From NCBI GenBank assembly GCA_017882765.1, contig JADGOW010000001.1, positions 1 through 38,446 of the forward strand: a DNA stretch of 38,446 nucleotides, written 5' to 3'. Within the stretch, counting starts at the first letter, position 1. Each line of letters starts with the position of its first letter. Position numbers and translations under genes: made by a program. Source of the DNA: Frankiaceae bacterium. GTDB lineage: Bacteria > Actinomycetota > Actinomycetes > Frankiales > Frankiaceae. Under the pieces are notes generated by a model. The model saw only the letters and a list, made by a program, of their open reading frames with translations. It had not been told where the DNA came from and did not search any database. Of the stretch, positions 22,054-32,700 are shown piece after piece.

Positions 22054-24729
22054 TCAGTGCGCGGCTTCGTCCCAGGTCTGGCCAGCGCCGATGCCCACTT
22101 CCAGAGGCACGGACATTGCATAGGCGCCGCACATCTGCTGCCGCACGAGCTCCTCGACGCGTTCCCGCTCGCCCGGGGCGATCTCGAGGACAAGCTCGTC
22201 GTGCACCTGCAGCAGCAACCGGCTCGCGAGGCGTCGGTCGCGCAGCTCCGCGTCCACGCCCAGCATCGCGATCTTGATGATGTCGGCGGCACTGCCCTGG
22301 ATCGGGGCGTTGAGCGCCATCCGTTCAGCCATCTGCCGGCGCTGGAAGTTGTCGGAGGTGAGGTCGGGCAGGTAGCGGCGGCGGCCCAGCAGCGTCTCGG
22401 TGTAGCCGTCCCGCCGGGCCTGGGCGACGACGCCGTGCAGGAAATCGCGCACCTTGCCGAACCGGGCGAAGTACGCCTCCATCTGCTCGCGAGCCTCCTC
22501 CCGAGAGATGCCCAGCTGGGCGGCGAGCCCGAAATCACTCAGGCCGTAGGCGAGCCCGTAGGCCATCGCCTTGATGCGCCGGCGCAACTCCGGGTGGACC
22601 CGGTCAGGCGCGACGTCGAAGGCGCGCGAAGCGACCCAGGTGTGCACGTCCTCGCCGCTGGTGAACGCCTCGATCAAGCCCGAATCACCCGACAGGTGCG
22701 CCATGATGCGCATCTCGATCTGCGAGTAGTCGGCGGTGAGCAGGCACTCGTAGCCCCGCCCGACGATGAACGCCTGCCGGATCTGGCGGCCCTCCGCGGT
22801 GCGGACGGGGATGTTCTGCAGGTTCGGGTCGGTGCTCGACAGCCGGCCCGTCGCCGCGATCATCTGGTTGAAGGTCGTGTGGACGCGGCCCGAGTCGTCG
22901 ACCATCGGGATCAACGAGTCGACGACGGTCTTGAGCCGCGAGACGTCGCGGTGCCGAAGCAGGCTCTCCAGTACCGGATGCTCGCTCTGCGTGGCGAGCC
23001 AGACCAGCGCATCCGCGTCGGTCGTGTAGCCAGTCTTGATCTTCTTGGTCTTGGGGAGCTCGAGCTCGTCGAAGAGCACCTGCTGAAGCTGCTTGGGCGA
23101 GCCGAGGTTGAACTCGTGCCCGACCGAGGCATAGGCCGCGTCGGCTGCCTTCTTGACCTCCGCACCGTAGGTCGCATCGAGGTGGGCGAGGTGGTCGGCA
23201 TCGGCAGCGATCCCGGTCTCCTCCATCCGAGCCAGGATGCCGGTGAGCGGCAGTTCGACCTCTCGCAGCAGCCGTGTCGCCGACCGCCGTTCGAGGTCGG
23301 CGTCCAGCGCGTGGGCAAGATCGACGACAGCACGGGCCCGGACCACGTCGGCTTCCGCCTCGTCCTGCTCCCCCGAGCCGTCCAAGGTCAGCTGACCGTC
23401 GGCGGGAACCTCGGCCCGCAACTCCCGGTGCAGGTACCGCAGAGCGAGGTCGGCCAGATCGAACGAGCGCTGCCCGGGCAGGGCAAGGTAGGCGGCCAGG
23501 GCGGTGTCGCTGGTCACCCCCTCCAGCTGCCACCCCCGCACGTGCAGGGCGAGCAGCGGGCCCTTCACGTCGTGCACGGCCTTGTGCCGGTCGTGATCGG
23601 CCAGCCACGCCGCCAGCGCCGTCTCGTCGTCGGCGATGAGTTGCACCGGGTCGATGAAACCGCCGGGCCCTTCCTCGATCGCCAGTGCGAGGCCGGTCAC
23701 GACACCGGTACCCCGCCCCCAGCTTCCGCGCACATGCAGCCCGACCCGGGCTTGGCCGCTGCAGTTCTCCTCGAGCCACTGCGCCACCTCGCCGGGCCCG
23801 AGGACGCGCGCCTGCACCTCGAACCCCTGGTCGGCTTCCGGCTCGACAGCAGACAGCGTCTGGTACAGCCGTTCCCGCAGCACCCGAAACTGCAAGGTGT
23901 CGAACAGCTGGTGGACTGCCTCCCGGTCCCACTGCCCCAGCTGCAGATCGCGCGGCCCGACCTCCATCGCGACGTCGCGGGAGAGCTCGGTGAGGGCCCG
24001 GTTGCGCACGACTTCGGCCAGGTGCTCGCGCAACGCGGCGCCCGCCTTCCCGGAGACCTCGTCAACGCGGTCGACGAGGGAATCCAGCGAGCCGAACTGC
24101 TGGATCCACTTGGCGGCCGTCTTCTCCCCCACCCCTGGGATGGACGGGAGGTTGTCGCTCGGATCTCCACGGATCGCAGCGAAGTCCGGGTACTGCTGCG
24201 GGGACAAGCCGTACCGGGCCTGCACCTCCTGCGGCGTGAACCGGGTCATGTCGCTGATGCCGCGCCGGGTCATGAGCACGGTGACGTGGTCGCCGACGAG
24301 CTGGAGGGCATCCCGGTCACCGGTGACGACCAGGACATCCATCCCCTCCTCGACCGCTTCGGTCGCCAGGGTGGCGATGACGTCGTCGGCCTCGTAGCCG
24401 GGCGCGCTCACCATGGGGATCGCCAGCGCTTCGAGCACCTCGCGAACGAGCGAGAGCTGGCCGCGGAACGCGTCCGGCGTCTCCGAGCGGTTGGCCTTGT
24501 AGTCGGCGTAAGCCTCGTGCCGGAACGTGCGCTGGGCGAGGTCGAAGGCGACGGCGAGGTGGGTGGGCTGCTCGTCGCGCAGGACGTTGATGAGCATCGC
24601 CGTGAACCCGTAAACGGCGTTCGTTGGCTGTCCCGTGGTCGTCGAGAAGTTCTCGACGGGCAAGGCGAAGAAGGCGCGGTAGGCGAGCGAATGCCCGTCG
24701 AGGAGAAGGAGCCGGGGCCGGTCGCCCAT
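22054..24729 (-). CDS. polA: DNA polymerase I
   Basis: ORF 22054..24750. Either the ATG at 24729 (MGDRPRLLLLDGHSLAYRAFFAL) or the GTG at 24750 could be the start. 5'-nuclease, 3'-5' exo-like and polymerase domains are all recognisable (DYSQIEMRIMAHLS, QVHDELV). Confidence 0.97.
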   Translation of the reverse strand: MGDRPRLLLLDGHSLAYRAFFALPVENFSTTTGQPTNAVYGFTAMLINVLRDEQPTHLAVAFDLAQRTFRHEAYADYKANRSETPDAFRGQLSLVREVLEALAIPMVSAPGYEADDVIATLATEAVEEGMDVLVVTGDRDALQLVGDHVTVLMTRRGISDMTRFTPQEVQARYGLSPQQYPDFAAIRGDPSDNLPSIPGVGEKTAAKWIQQFGSLDSLVDRVDEVSGKAGAALREHLAEVVRNRALTELSRDVAMEVGPRDLQLGQWDREAVHQLFDTLQFRVLRERLYQTLSAVEPEADQGFEVQARVLGPGEVAQWLEENCSGQARVGLHVRGSWGRGTGVVTGLALAIEEGPGGFIDPVQLIADDETALAAWLADHDRHKAVHDVKGPLLALHVRGWQLEGVTSDTALAAYLALPGQRSFDLADLALRYLHRELRAEVPADGQLTLDGSGEQDEAEADVVRARAVVDLAHALDADLERRSATRLLREVELPLTGILARMEETGIAADADHLAHLDATYGAEVKKAADAAYASVGHEFNLGSPKQLQQVLFDELELPKTKKIKTGYTTDADALVWLATQSEHPVLESLLRHRDVSRLKTVVDSLIPMVDDSGRVHTTFNQMIAATGRLSSTDPNLQNIPVRTAEGRQIRQAFIVGRGYECLLTADYSQIEMRIMAHLSGDSGLIEAFTSGEDVHTWVASRAFDVAPDRVHPELRRRIKAMAYGLAYGLSDFGLAAQLGISREEAREQMEAYFARFGKVRDFLHGVVAQARRDGYTETLLGRRRYLPDLTSDNFQRRQMAERMALNAPIQGSAADIIKIAMLGVDAELRDRRLASRLLLQVHDELVLEIAPGERERVEELVRQQMCGAYAMSVPLEVGIGAGQTWDEAAH

Positions 24730-24759
24730 CCCACCGCCCGTCTCCCCCACGAGGCGAGT

Positions 24760-25749
24760 CTAAGACTTGTGCACCGCCGCTTCGTGCTCCTCGTGCCTGG
24801 CGGGCTCGAGCTGAAAAGAGCTGTGCTCCACGTCAAAGTGCTCGGCGAGGCAGCGTTGCAGCCGGTCGAGGATCACCGGGGCGTGGCCGTCACGGAACGC
24901 CTCGTCCTCGACGACGACGTGTGCCGACAACGCCGGCAGGTCCGAGGTGACGACCCAGGCGTGCAGGTCATGGATGTCGAGCACGCGCGGCACCGCGAGC
25001 ACGTGCTGGCGGACCTCGGCAAGGTCGACATGGTCGGGGGCGCCTTCGAGCAGCACCCGGCCCGAGGCCCGCAGCAGCTTCCAGGAGGCCCGCAGCATCA
25101 GCGCGACCACGATCAGCGAGGCGATGGGGTCGGCGCGCTCGAGGCCGGTCACAACGATGACGAGACCGGCCACCAGAGTCGCGATGAAGGCGAAGGCGTC
25201 GGTGAGGATGTGCTGGAAGGCGCCCTCGATGTTCAGGCTCGACCGATTGGCCCGGGCGAGGACGAGAGTCGCCGCGACGTTGACCACGATCCCCACGCCG
25301 GCGACGGCCAGCATGGCGGCACCCTCGACGGGCACCGGGTGCAAGAGCCGGTCGATCGCCTCGTTACCGATGAGCAGGGCCACGGCCAGCAAGGTCACGC
25401 CGTTGACAGCCGCCGACAGGATCTCGGCGCGTTTCAGCCCGAACGTCCACGCGCCCTGCGCCGGCCGCGCTGCCAGCCGTGCCGCCCATATGGCCCCCGC
25501 CAGCGCGCCGGCGTCGGTGAGCATGTGCCCGGCGTCTGCGAGCAGGGCCAACGACCCCGAGGTGACGGCCACCACCACCTCGACGAGCATGAACGCGACG
25601 ATGAGACCCAGCGCGATGCCCAAGTAGCGCTGGTCGGCCCCGGCGCGCACCGCATGGTCGTGGGACGAGTGTCGCGCCGCCGCCACGCCCGGCGCACAAT
25701 CCAACCCGACCGCCTGGTCAGCGGACGTGTCGTCACAGTGCTGGCGCAT
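24760..25749 (-). CDS. Cation diffusion facilitator family metal efflux transporter (CzcD/ZitB-like)
   Basis: ORF 24760..25851; I prefer the ATG at 25749 (GGAAGG upstream). His-rich N-terminus. Motifs LALLADAGHMLTDAGA and FQHILTDAF, six TM segments, cytoplasmic C-terminal domain. Confidence 0.9.
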   Translation of the reverse strand: MRQHCDDTSADQAVGLDCAPGVAAARHSSHDHAVRAGADQRYLGIALGLIVAFMLVEVVVAVTSGSLALLADAGHMLTDAGALAGAIWAARLAARPAQGAWTFGLKRAEILSAAVNGVTLLAVALLIGNEAIDRLLHPVPVEGAAMLAVAGVGIVVNVAATLVLARANRSSLNIEGAFQHILTDAFAFIATLVAGLVIVVTGLERADPIASLIVVALMLRASWKLLRASGRVLLEGAPDHVDLAEVRQHVLAVPRVLDIHDLHAWVVTSDLPALSAHVVVEDEAFRDGHAPVILDRLQRCLAEHFDVEHSSFQLEPARHEEHEAAVHKS

Positions 25750-25917
25750 GGTCCTTCCAGTCTGGCTGCCAGTGCGCCTATCGGTAAGGCCGCGAATGCT
25801 TAACCTTGCACACGTGAAGGCCGACGCCACGCGGAGTAATCCCGCCGCCACGACCTCGGTCCCGCCGCCGGAGGTCGGGACCAGGCTCGACGTCTCGGCC
25901 TGTCCTGGGGAGGGCGC

Positions 25918-26304
25918 GTGCAGCTGAACGACCGGATGGGCATCGAGCTACTCGAGGCCACCGCCGACCGGGTGGTGGCCACAATGCCCGTAGAGGGGAA
26001 CCGGCAGCCGTATGGGCTGTTGCACGGGGGAGCTTCCGTCGTCCTGGCCGAGACGGCCGGCTCGACAGGCGCTGCCTTGTGGGCTGCGGCGTCGGGAAAG
26101 ATCGCGGTGGGCATCGAGATCAATGCGACCCACCACCGGGCGGTTCGCGCAGGGACCGTCACAGGGGTGGCCACGCCTCTGCACCGCGGCGGCTCACTGG
26201 CCACCTACGAGATCGTCATCACCGACGAGGCCGGGCATCGCACCTGCACCTGCCGGTTGACCTGCGTGCTGCGCGCCGCCGCACCGGGCGCGGCTGCCAG
26301 TTAG
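25918..26304 (+). CDS. PaaI/YbdB-family hotdog-fold thioesterase
   Basis: 128 aa; GTG start with GGGGAGGG 5 nt upstream. GIELLEATADRVVATMPVEGNRQPYGLLHGGASVVLAETAGS...ATHHRAV is the typical PaaI family core. Confidence 0.8.
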   Translation: MQLNDRMGIELLEATADRVVATMPVEGNRQPYGLLHGGASVVLAETAGSTGAALWAAASGKIAVGIEINATHHRAVRAGTVTGVATPLHRGGSLATYEIVITDEAGHRTCTCRLTCVLRAAAPGAAAS

Positions 26305-26309
26305 CGCCG

Positions 26310-26915
26310 TCAGTGACGCGGGCGGGACGTGGGCGCGCGGCCGCGCGTGGCGGCCCGCAGCCGGCGGCGCCGCATGAGGTGGCCCTCGTCCAGGGTTGCC
26401 GACGGCACCTCGCTGCCCAGCCGCCGCCGCAGCGCCGGCACGGAGGCGACTCGGGTGACCGACACGGGGGCAAAGCCGAGCCGGGCGAAGAACCGGTTGG
26501 CTTCCCGGCCCGACGGGTAAACGGGCACCGCGACCCCCGCCGCACCGATCTCCTCGGCCCACGCCGTTGCCGCCGCCACGAGCGCCCGGCCTGCGCCACG
26601 CCCCCGGTGCCCGGCAGCCACCGACACGTGGTTCATGTGCACGGCGAGTGCCTCGACCAGGCCGCTTGACGTGGCACGGGTCATGAGCGACATCCCCACC
26701 ACTTCGCCCTGGGTGGTCACGACCACAGCCAGCCGCTCGTCCGGGCTTTCGATCGCGCGGGCGTAGCGCGCCGCGACCGCAGCCCGAGCCGACCCTGCCT
26801 CGGTCGGTGCCGGAACCGTTCCCCGCGGCCCGGCGGCGCACAGCTCGTCGTACAACTCGAGCACAGCCGGGAGGTCGTCAGGCACGCCGTTACGAACCGT
26901 CACGGAGGCACGCAT
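26310..26915 (-). CDS. GNAT family N-acetyltransferase
   Basis: ORF 26310..26924, with TTG 26924, GVG 26918 read as GTG 26918, and ATG 26915 all possible starts. Acetyl-CoA binding motif A: VSVAAGHRGRGAGRALVAAA. Arg-rich C-terminal tail. Its stop lies 5 nt from the convergent thioesterase stop. Confidence 0.8.
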   Translation of the reverse strand: MRASVTVRNGVPDDLPAVLELYDELCAAGPRGTVPAPTEAGSARAAVAARYARAIESPDERLAVVVTTQGEVVGMSLMTRATSSGLVEALAVHMNHVSVAAGHRGRGAGRALVAAATAWAEEIGAAGVAVPVYPSGREANRFFARLGFAPVSVTRVASVPALRRRLGSEVPSATLDEGHLMRRRRLRAATRGRAPTSRPRH

Positions 26916-27032
26916 CACGGGCAACTCCCCCTCTCGCCTCCGGTCATTCCCAGGTCAGGGACTGCAGGAGCGTACGTCGAAGGTCCAGCGCGCGAGCCGA
27001 GACGAGCGATCCGCTGCACAACGTTCACGCTC

Positions 27033-27686
27033 TCAGAACGGCCCGGCATCCCCCGACAGAACTCGTTCGGACAGGGACCGCATGGTCATCCGCTGGTCCA
27101 TCGACTGCTTCTGGAGCCAGCGGAACGCCTCAGGCTCCGTCATTCCCGACGCCTGCAGGACGCCCTTCGCCCTTTCGACGATTTTACGGGTCTCCATGCG
27201 CTCCTGCAGGGCCAACACTTCAGCCTCCAGGCGCGTGATCTCGGCGAACCGGCTGAGGGCCATCTCGATCGCAGGCAGCAGGTCCTTCTTCTGAAAGGGC
27301 TTGACCAGATACGCCATGGCACCGGCCAACCGGGCTCGTTTCACCAACTCCCGCTGACTGAAGGCGGTGACCATGACCACGGGGGCCAGCCTCGCGCGGG
27401 CGATGCGCGAGGCCGCCTCGATGCCGTCGACGCCGGGCATCTTGACATCGAGGATGACCAGGTCAGGATGCAGCGACTCGGCGAGCGCAACGGCCGTTTC
27501 GCCGTCGCCGGCCTCCCCCACCACCTCGAAGCCCTCTTCGAGCAACATCTCGATGAGGTCCATCCGGATCAGCGTCTCGTCCTCGGCGACGACAACGCGC
27601 CGGTGCCCCGGAGGGGCGTCCCCCTGGTGGACATCGATCTCTCTCACGACGGCTCCTGGGACGCTCCGGACGGATGGCTTGGCCAT
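27033..27686 (-). CDS. pdtaR: ANTAR-domain response regulator (PdtaR-like)
   Basis: Part of ORF 27033..27797. From the ATG at 27686 (217 aa) it is collinear with M. tuberculosis PdtaR as recalled: VVVAEDETLIRMDLIEMLLEEGFEVVGEAGDG..., ILDVKMPGVDG, AYLVKPF, RKIVERAKGVLQ...GMTEPEAFRWLQKQSMDQRMTM. The ORF portion upstream of 27686 overlaps the tRNA gene and is not coding. Confidence 0.85.
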   Translation of the reverse strand: MAKPSVRSVPGAVVREIDVHQGDAPPGHRRVVVAEDETLIRMDLIEMLLEEGFEVVGEAGDGETAVALAESLHPDLVILDVKMPGVDGIEAASRIARARLAPVVMVTAFSQRELVKRARLAGAMAYLVKPFQKKDLLPAIEMALSRFAEITRLEAEVLALQERMETRKIVERAKGVLQASGMTEPEAFRWLQKQSMDQRMTMRSLSERVLSGDAGPF

Positions 27687-27714
27687 ACGATGGTGACGCA
27701 CCAGTGGTGTGTTC

Positions 27715-27796
27715 GCCGGGGTGCTGGAACAGGCAGACAGGGGCGCCTCAAAAGCGTCTGCCGAAAGGCGTGCGGGTTCGAGTCCCGCTCCCGGCA
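27715..27796 (+). tRNA. tRNA-Leu (anticodon CAA), class II with long variable arm; CCA not encoded
   Basis: Folded by hand. Acceptor GCCGGGG/TCCCGGC (one G-U pair). U8. D stem CTG/CAG with loop GAACAGGCAGA. Anticodon stem GGCGC/GCGTC with loop CTCAAAA (CAA at 27749-27751). Variable arm TGCCGAAAGGCGT. T arm GCGGG-TTCGAGT-CCCGC. Discriminator A at 27796. Confidence 0.85.
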
Positions 27797-27845
27797 CTTT
27801 GGTCTACCGCTGGACGGGTCTGCTGGGTCGCCGGGCGCGTTGGCG

Positions 27846-28202
27846 TTAGCCGGGCTGCTCCGGGATTGCTGACCGTGCCTGATCCGGCCCGTCGTCGCTG
27901 GACTGCATGACCCGTTCGGTCAGCCGAAGGGCATACAGCCACCGGTCGATGGCAGCACGGGTCGCCGCGTGGTCTTCCATCTCCGCCATGACCCGGGCGC
28001 CCTCCTCCACGCCCAGCTCGGCGAGCACCACTTCCTCGAGGTTCGATGCGCGCATCGCCAGCACCAGCGAGCGCTCGCCTCGCCGTGGCCCGCGCAACGC
28101 GTCAGCCCGGGCGCGCAGCACATGAACCTGGGCCGCCAGGCGTTCGACGACGGTCAGGTCGGCGGCAAGGACGGGATCGAGGTCAACATGCTCGGACGTC
28201 AC
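27846..28202 (-). CDS. Hypothetical small helical protein downstream of gltD
   Basis: GTG at 28202 with GGAGG 4 nt upstream; 118 aa (VTSEHVDLDPVLAADLTVVERLAAQVHVLRARADAL...). GC3 is high throughout. The longer ORF (to 28376) would overlap the gltD 3' end. No recognisable family. Confidence 0.45.
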   Translation of the reverse strand: MTSEHVDLDPVLAADLTVVERLAAQVHVLRARADALRGPRRGERSLVLAMRASNLEEVVLAELGVEEGARVMAEMEDHAATRAAIDRWLYALRLTERVMQSSDDGPDQARSAIPEQPG

Positions 28203-28276
28203 GCCGCCTCCCTCCCGTGCTGCCGTCCACCATTCTGTCCCGATGCCTCGGGCAGCCACACCCCGAGCGGGACCCG

Positions 28277-29719
28277 TCAGCGGCGGGTCGGGGCAAGCGG
28301 CTCGGGCAGCAGGGTGTCGCCGGTCAGGTCCCGGTCCACAGCCGCGGCGCAGGCGCGGCCTTCCGCAATCGCCCACACGATCAGGGACTGGCCCCGGCCC
28401 ATGTCGCCGCAGACGTAGACGCCGGGCTGATTCGTGCGCCAGGAGGCGTCCCGCGCGACGTTGCCGCGGGCGTCCAGCTCCACGCCCAGTCCTTGAACCA
28501 GCGGTCCGCGTTCGGCCCCGGTGAAACCCATCGCCAGCAGGACCAGGTCGCAGGGCAGCTCCCGGCGGCTGCCCGGCACAGTCTCGAACCTGCCGTCGAC
28601 AAATGCCACGTCGTTCAGCACCAGAGCCCGAACGCGGCCCTGACCGTCGTCGTCGAACCGCTCGGTCGAGACCGAGAAGACGCGCTCACCGCCCTCCTCG
28701 TGCGCGGCGGACGACCGGTACATCAGCGGCCACAGCGGCCACGGCGTGGAATCGGCACGCTGCTCCGGCGGTCGTGGCAAGATCTCCAGCTGGGTCACCG
28801 AGAGGGCCCCCTGCCGGTGCGCGGTACCCAGGCAGTCCGCTCCGGTGTCCCCGCCGCCGAGGATGACGACGCGCCTGCCCGCGGCGGAGATCGGGGTCTC
28901 GTCCAGATCGCCTTCCTGCACCCGGTTCGACGGGACGAGGTAGTCCATCGCGACGTGAATTCCCGCGAGTTCCCGGCCAGGCACGGGCAGGTCGCGGGGC
29001 ACGGTAGCGCCCCCCGCCAGCACGATCGCGTCGTGTGAGGACCGCAGTTGCTCGCTGGAGATGTCCACGCCGGCGGTGCAGCTCGGGACGAACTGGGTGC
29101 CCTCCAGCCGCATCTGCTCGAGCCGGCGGTCCAGCACCCGCTTCTCCATCTTGAATTCGGGGATCCCGTATCGCAGCAGCCCACCGATGCGATCGTCGCG
29201 CTCGTAGACGACCACGTCATGGCCGGCCCGGGTGAGCTGCTGGGCGGCCGCCAGCCCCGCGGGGCCGGACCCGACGACCGCAACGCGCATCCCGGTCTTC
29301 TCAACCGGGGGCACCGGACGCACCCAGCCCTCGTCCCAGGAGCGGTCCGCGATCGTCCACTCGATCTGTTTGATCGTCACCGGATCATCGGCGATCCCCA
29401 GGACGCATGCCGTCTCGCAGGGCGCCGGGCACAACCGGCCGGTGAACTCCGGGAAGTTGTTGGTCGCGTGCAGCCGCTCGCCGGCCTCCGCCCAGTCGTC
29501 ACGCCGGGCCAGGTCGTTCCATTCGGGGATCAGGTTGCCCAACGGGCAGCCGTCGTGACAGAAGGGGATCCCGCAGTCCATGCAGCGGGCCGCCTGCGTG
29601 CGCAACGACTCCACCGGGAACGGCTCGTAGACCTCCTGCCAGTCCTTGACGCGCAGGTGGACGGGCCGGCGCTTCGGGTTCTCGCGCGGGGCCTTCAGGA
29701 AGCCCGTGGGGTCAGCCAT
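28277..29719 (-). CDS. gltD: Glutamate synthase (NADPH) small subunit
   Basis: ORF 28277..29929; the ATG at 29719 gives MADPTGFLKAPRENPKRRPV..., 480 aa. Fe-S Cys motifs (CMDCGIPFC, CPAPCE) and dinucleotide folds (VAVVGSGPAGLAAA, VVILGGGDTGADC). Confidence 0.95.
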   Translation of the reverse strand: MADPTGFLKAPRENPKRRPVHLRVKDWQEVYEPFPVESLRTQAARCMDCGIPFCHDGCPLGNLIPEWNDLARRDDWAEAGERLHATNNFPEFTGRLCPAPCETACVLGIADDPVTIKQIEWTIADRSWDEGWVRPVPPVEKTGMRVAVVGSGPAGLAAAQQLTRAGHDVVVYERDDRIGGLLRYGIPEFKMEKRVLDRRLEQMRLEGTQFVPSCTAGVDISSEQLRSSHDAIVLAGGATVPRDLPVPGRELAGIHVAMDYLVPSNRVQEGDLDETPISAAGRRVVILGGGDTGADCLGTAHRQGALSVTQLEILPRPPEQRADSTPWPLWPLMYRSSAAHEEGGERVFSVSTERFDDDGQGRVRALVLNDVAFVDGRFETVPGSRRELPCDLVLLAMGFTGAERGPLVQGLGVELDARGNVARDASWRTNQPGVYVCGDMGRGQSLIVWAIAEGRACAAAVDRDLTGDTLLPEPLAPTRR

Positions 29720-29796
29720 GTCTCTCTCTTGCGTGGGAGTCGGGTGTTTCGGGACCAGGCTTTCAGCCGCGGAGCCCAGCCACAGTCGCGAGGCGG

Positions 29797-32700
29797 TCAG
29801 CCGTGCGCTGAGGCCATGATCTCTGCGTTGATGTCCCGGCCTGCGGCTTCCGCGCGCCGGATCGCCTCGAGCACCCGCCGGTAGTCGCGGGGCATCACTT
29901 TGGTGAAGCGCGCGATCGCCAGGTCCCATTCCGCGAGCAGCCGGTTGGCGACCGGCGACCCGGTGTGCCGGGCGTGGTTCTCGACGACCTCGGCGAGGAA
30001 GGCCTCGTCATGCTCGTCGAGAGCCTCGAGGTCGACCATCTCGGTGTTGATCCGCCGGGTGACGGCATCGAGCAGGTATGCCGAGCCACCGCTCATCCCG
30101 GCCGCGAAGTTGCGCCCGGTCCGGCCCAGGACGACGACGCGCCCGCCGGTCATGTACTCGCAGCCGTGATCACCGACGCCCTCGACGACGGCGGTGACGC
30201 CCGAGTTGCGGACGCAGAACCGCTCCCCCACCAGCCCCCGGACGTAGGCCTGCCCCCCCGTCGCCCCGTAGAAGGCGACGTTGCCCGCAACGATGTTGTC
30301 CTCGGCGGGGAAGGTGGAATCCTTCGGCGGGTAGACGATGATCTTTCCCCCGGACAACCCCTTGCCGAGGTAGTCGTTGGCGTCGCCCTCGAGGGTCATC
30401 GTGATCCCGCGCGGCACGAACGCCCCGAACGACTGCCCGGCAGACCCGTTGAAGTGCAGCGAGATCGTGTCGTCGGGCAGGCCGTCGCCGCCGTAACGCT
30501 TGGTGAGCTCCGAGCCCAGCATCGTGCCGACGGTCCGGTTGACGTTGCGGATGGGCATCTCCAGCCACACCGGCCGGCCGTCGAGCAGCGCACCGTCGCA
30601 GAGCTGGATGAGGGTGTTGTCCAGCGCCTTGTCCAGCCCGTGGTCCTGGGTGGTGGTGGCGCGGAAGTCGCCGCCGAAGGGCCGCTCGGGCACGTGCAGC
30701 AGGGGGGTCAGATCCAGCCCCTCCGCCTTCCAGGAGTCGACGGCCTCCCGCATGTCGAGCATCTCGGCGTGCCCGACCGCCTCACCCAGCGAACGGAAGC
30801 CCAACTCGGCGAGGTACTCGCGTACCTCCTCGGCGACGAACTCGAAGAAGGCGACGACGAACTCGGGCTTGCCCGCGAAGTTCTTGCGCAGCTTCGGGTT
30901 CTGCGTGGCCACGCCCACCGGGCAGGTGTCGAGGTGGCAGACCCGCATAATCACGCAGCCCTCGGCGACGAGCGGGGCGGTGGAGAAGCCGTACTCCTCC
31001 GCGCCCAACAGCGCCGCGATCACCACGTCCCGGCCGGTCTTCATCGACCCGTCCACCTGGACGACGATGCGGTCGCGCAAGCCGTTGAGCAGCAGCGTCT
31101 GCTGGGTCTCGGCCAGCCCCAGCTCCCACGGGCCACCGGCGTGCTTGAGCGAGGTCAGCGGCGCCGCGCCGGTGCCGCCGTCGTGCCCGCTGATGAGCAC
31201 CACGTCGGACTTCGCCTTCGCCACCCCCGCGGCGACCGTCCCCACGCCGATCTCGGCAACAAGCTTCACGTTGATCCGGGCCTGCGGGTTGGCGTTCTTG
31301 AGGTCGTGGATGAGCTGCTTGAGGTCCTCGATCGAGTAGATGTCGTGGTGTGGCGGCGGCGAGATGAGCCCGACCCCGGGCGTGGAGTGCCGGGTCTGGG
31401 CGATCCACGGGTAGACCTTGTGGCCGGGAAGCTGGCCGCCCTCCCCGGGCTTGGCGCCCTGCGCCATCTTGATCTGGATGTCGTCGGCGTCGACCAGGTA
31501 CTCGCTCGTCACCCCGAACCGTCCGCTGGCCACCTGCTTGATGGCTGAGCGACGGAGGTCGCCGTTCTCGTCGGGAAGGAACCGGCGGGCGTCCTCGCCG
31601 CCCTCCCCGGTGTTGGACTTGCCGCCGAGCCGGTTCATCGCGATCGCGAGCGTCTCGTGCGCCTCGGCACTGATCGACCCGTAGGACATGGCCCCGGTCG
31701 CGAAACGCTTGACGATCTCGCTGACGGGCTCCACCTCGCCGAGCGGCACGGGGGGGCGCACCCCGGGCCGCATCCGGAACAGGCCCCGCAGGGTGCCCGA
31801 CACCGCCGACAGGTCGTCCACCGTCCGCGTGTAGTCCTTGAAGATCTCGTACCGCCGGGTGCGGGTGGCGTGCTGCAGCTTGAACACCGTGTCCGGGTTG
31901 AACAGGTGAACCTCGCCCTCGCGGCGCCACTGGTACTCCCCGCCGACCTCCAGGCCCCGGTGCGCGCGCTCGCTGGGGTTGCGCGGGTACGCCCGCGCGT
32001 GCCGGGCCACCACCTCAGCGGCAATCTCTGCCAGCCCGACGCCCTCGATCCGGGAGGACGTCCCGGTGAAGTACTGGTCGACGAAGTCCTGGGCGAGCCC
32101 GACGGCCTCGAAGACCTGCGCCCCCGTGTACGAGGCGATCGTCGAGATGCCCATCTTCGACATCACCTTCAGCACGCCCTTGCCCAGCGCCTTAATCAGG
32201 TTGCGGATCGCCATCCGCGGTTCCACGTCGGGCAGGTCGCCGCGGGCGATCATGTCCTCGACGGATTCGAAGGCAAGGTAGGGGTTGACCGCCGCGGCGC
32301 CGTAGCCGGCGAGCAGGGCGACATGGTGCACCTCGCGGACGTCACCGGCCTCGACCACGAGACCCACCATCGTGCGGGTCTTCTGCCGGATCAGGTGATG
32401 GTGCACGGCGCTGGTGAGCAGCAGCGACGGGATCGGCGCCTTGGCCGGGCTGCTGTTGCGGTCGGACAGCACGACGATCCGCGCGCCGTCCTCGATCGCC
32501 TCGTTGACCTGACGGCAGATGTCGTCCAGACGCGCCCGCAAGGCCGCTTCGTGGTCGGGGCCGGTGACGTCGAACAGGCCGCTGACCGTCACGGAGGCGA
32601 AGCCCGCCATGTCCTCGTCGTCGTTGATCCCGACAATCTTGGCCAGTTCGTCGTTGTCGAGCACCGGATGGGGCAGGTGGATCTGTCGGCATGAGTCGGC

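Noticed and set aside
22057-25803. 1248-aa plus-strand ORF spanning the polA and CDF transporter loci.
   Set aside because: It is antisense to two different well-supported genes and crosses their intergenic gap. The composition is typical of a GC shadow ORF.
25805-25882. Imperfect palindromes (CCTTGCACACGTGAAGG; GGTCCCG-N11-CGGGACC) in the CDF/thioesterase divergent region, considered as a metal-sensor operator or NiCo-type riboswitch.
   Set aside because: The arms are short (4-7 bp), and I cannot match them to any known operator or riboswitch consensus from memory. This needs a covariance-model scan before any claim.
27687-27797. N-terminal 37 codons of the 254-aa ORF for the ANTAR regulator (MPGAGLEPARL...).
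   Set aside because: This stretch is the reverse translation of the tRNA-Leu gene (GAGLEPA corresponds to the T-arm). The PdtaR-like alignment begins after the ATG at 27686.
27715-28280. tRNA-Leu as a possible integration site for a genomic island.
   Set aside because: No integrase, no direct repeat of the tRNA 3' end, and the flanking genes (pdtaR, gltBD) are conserved core genes.
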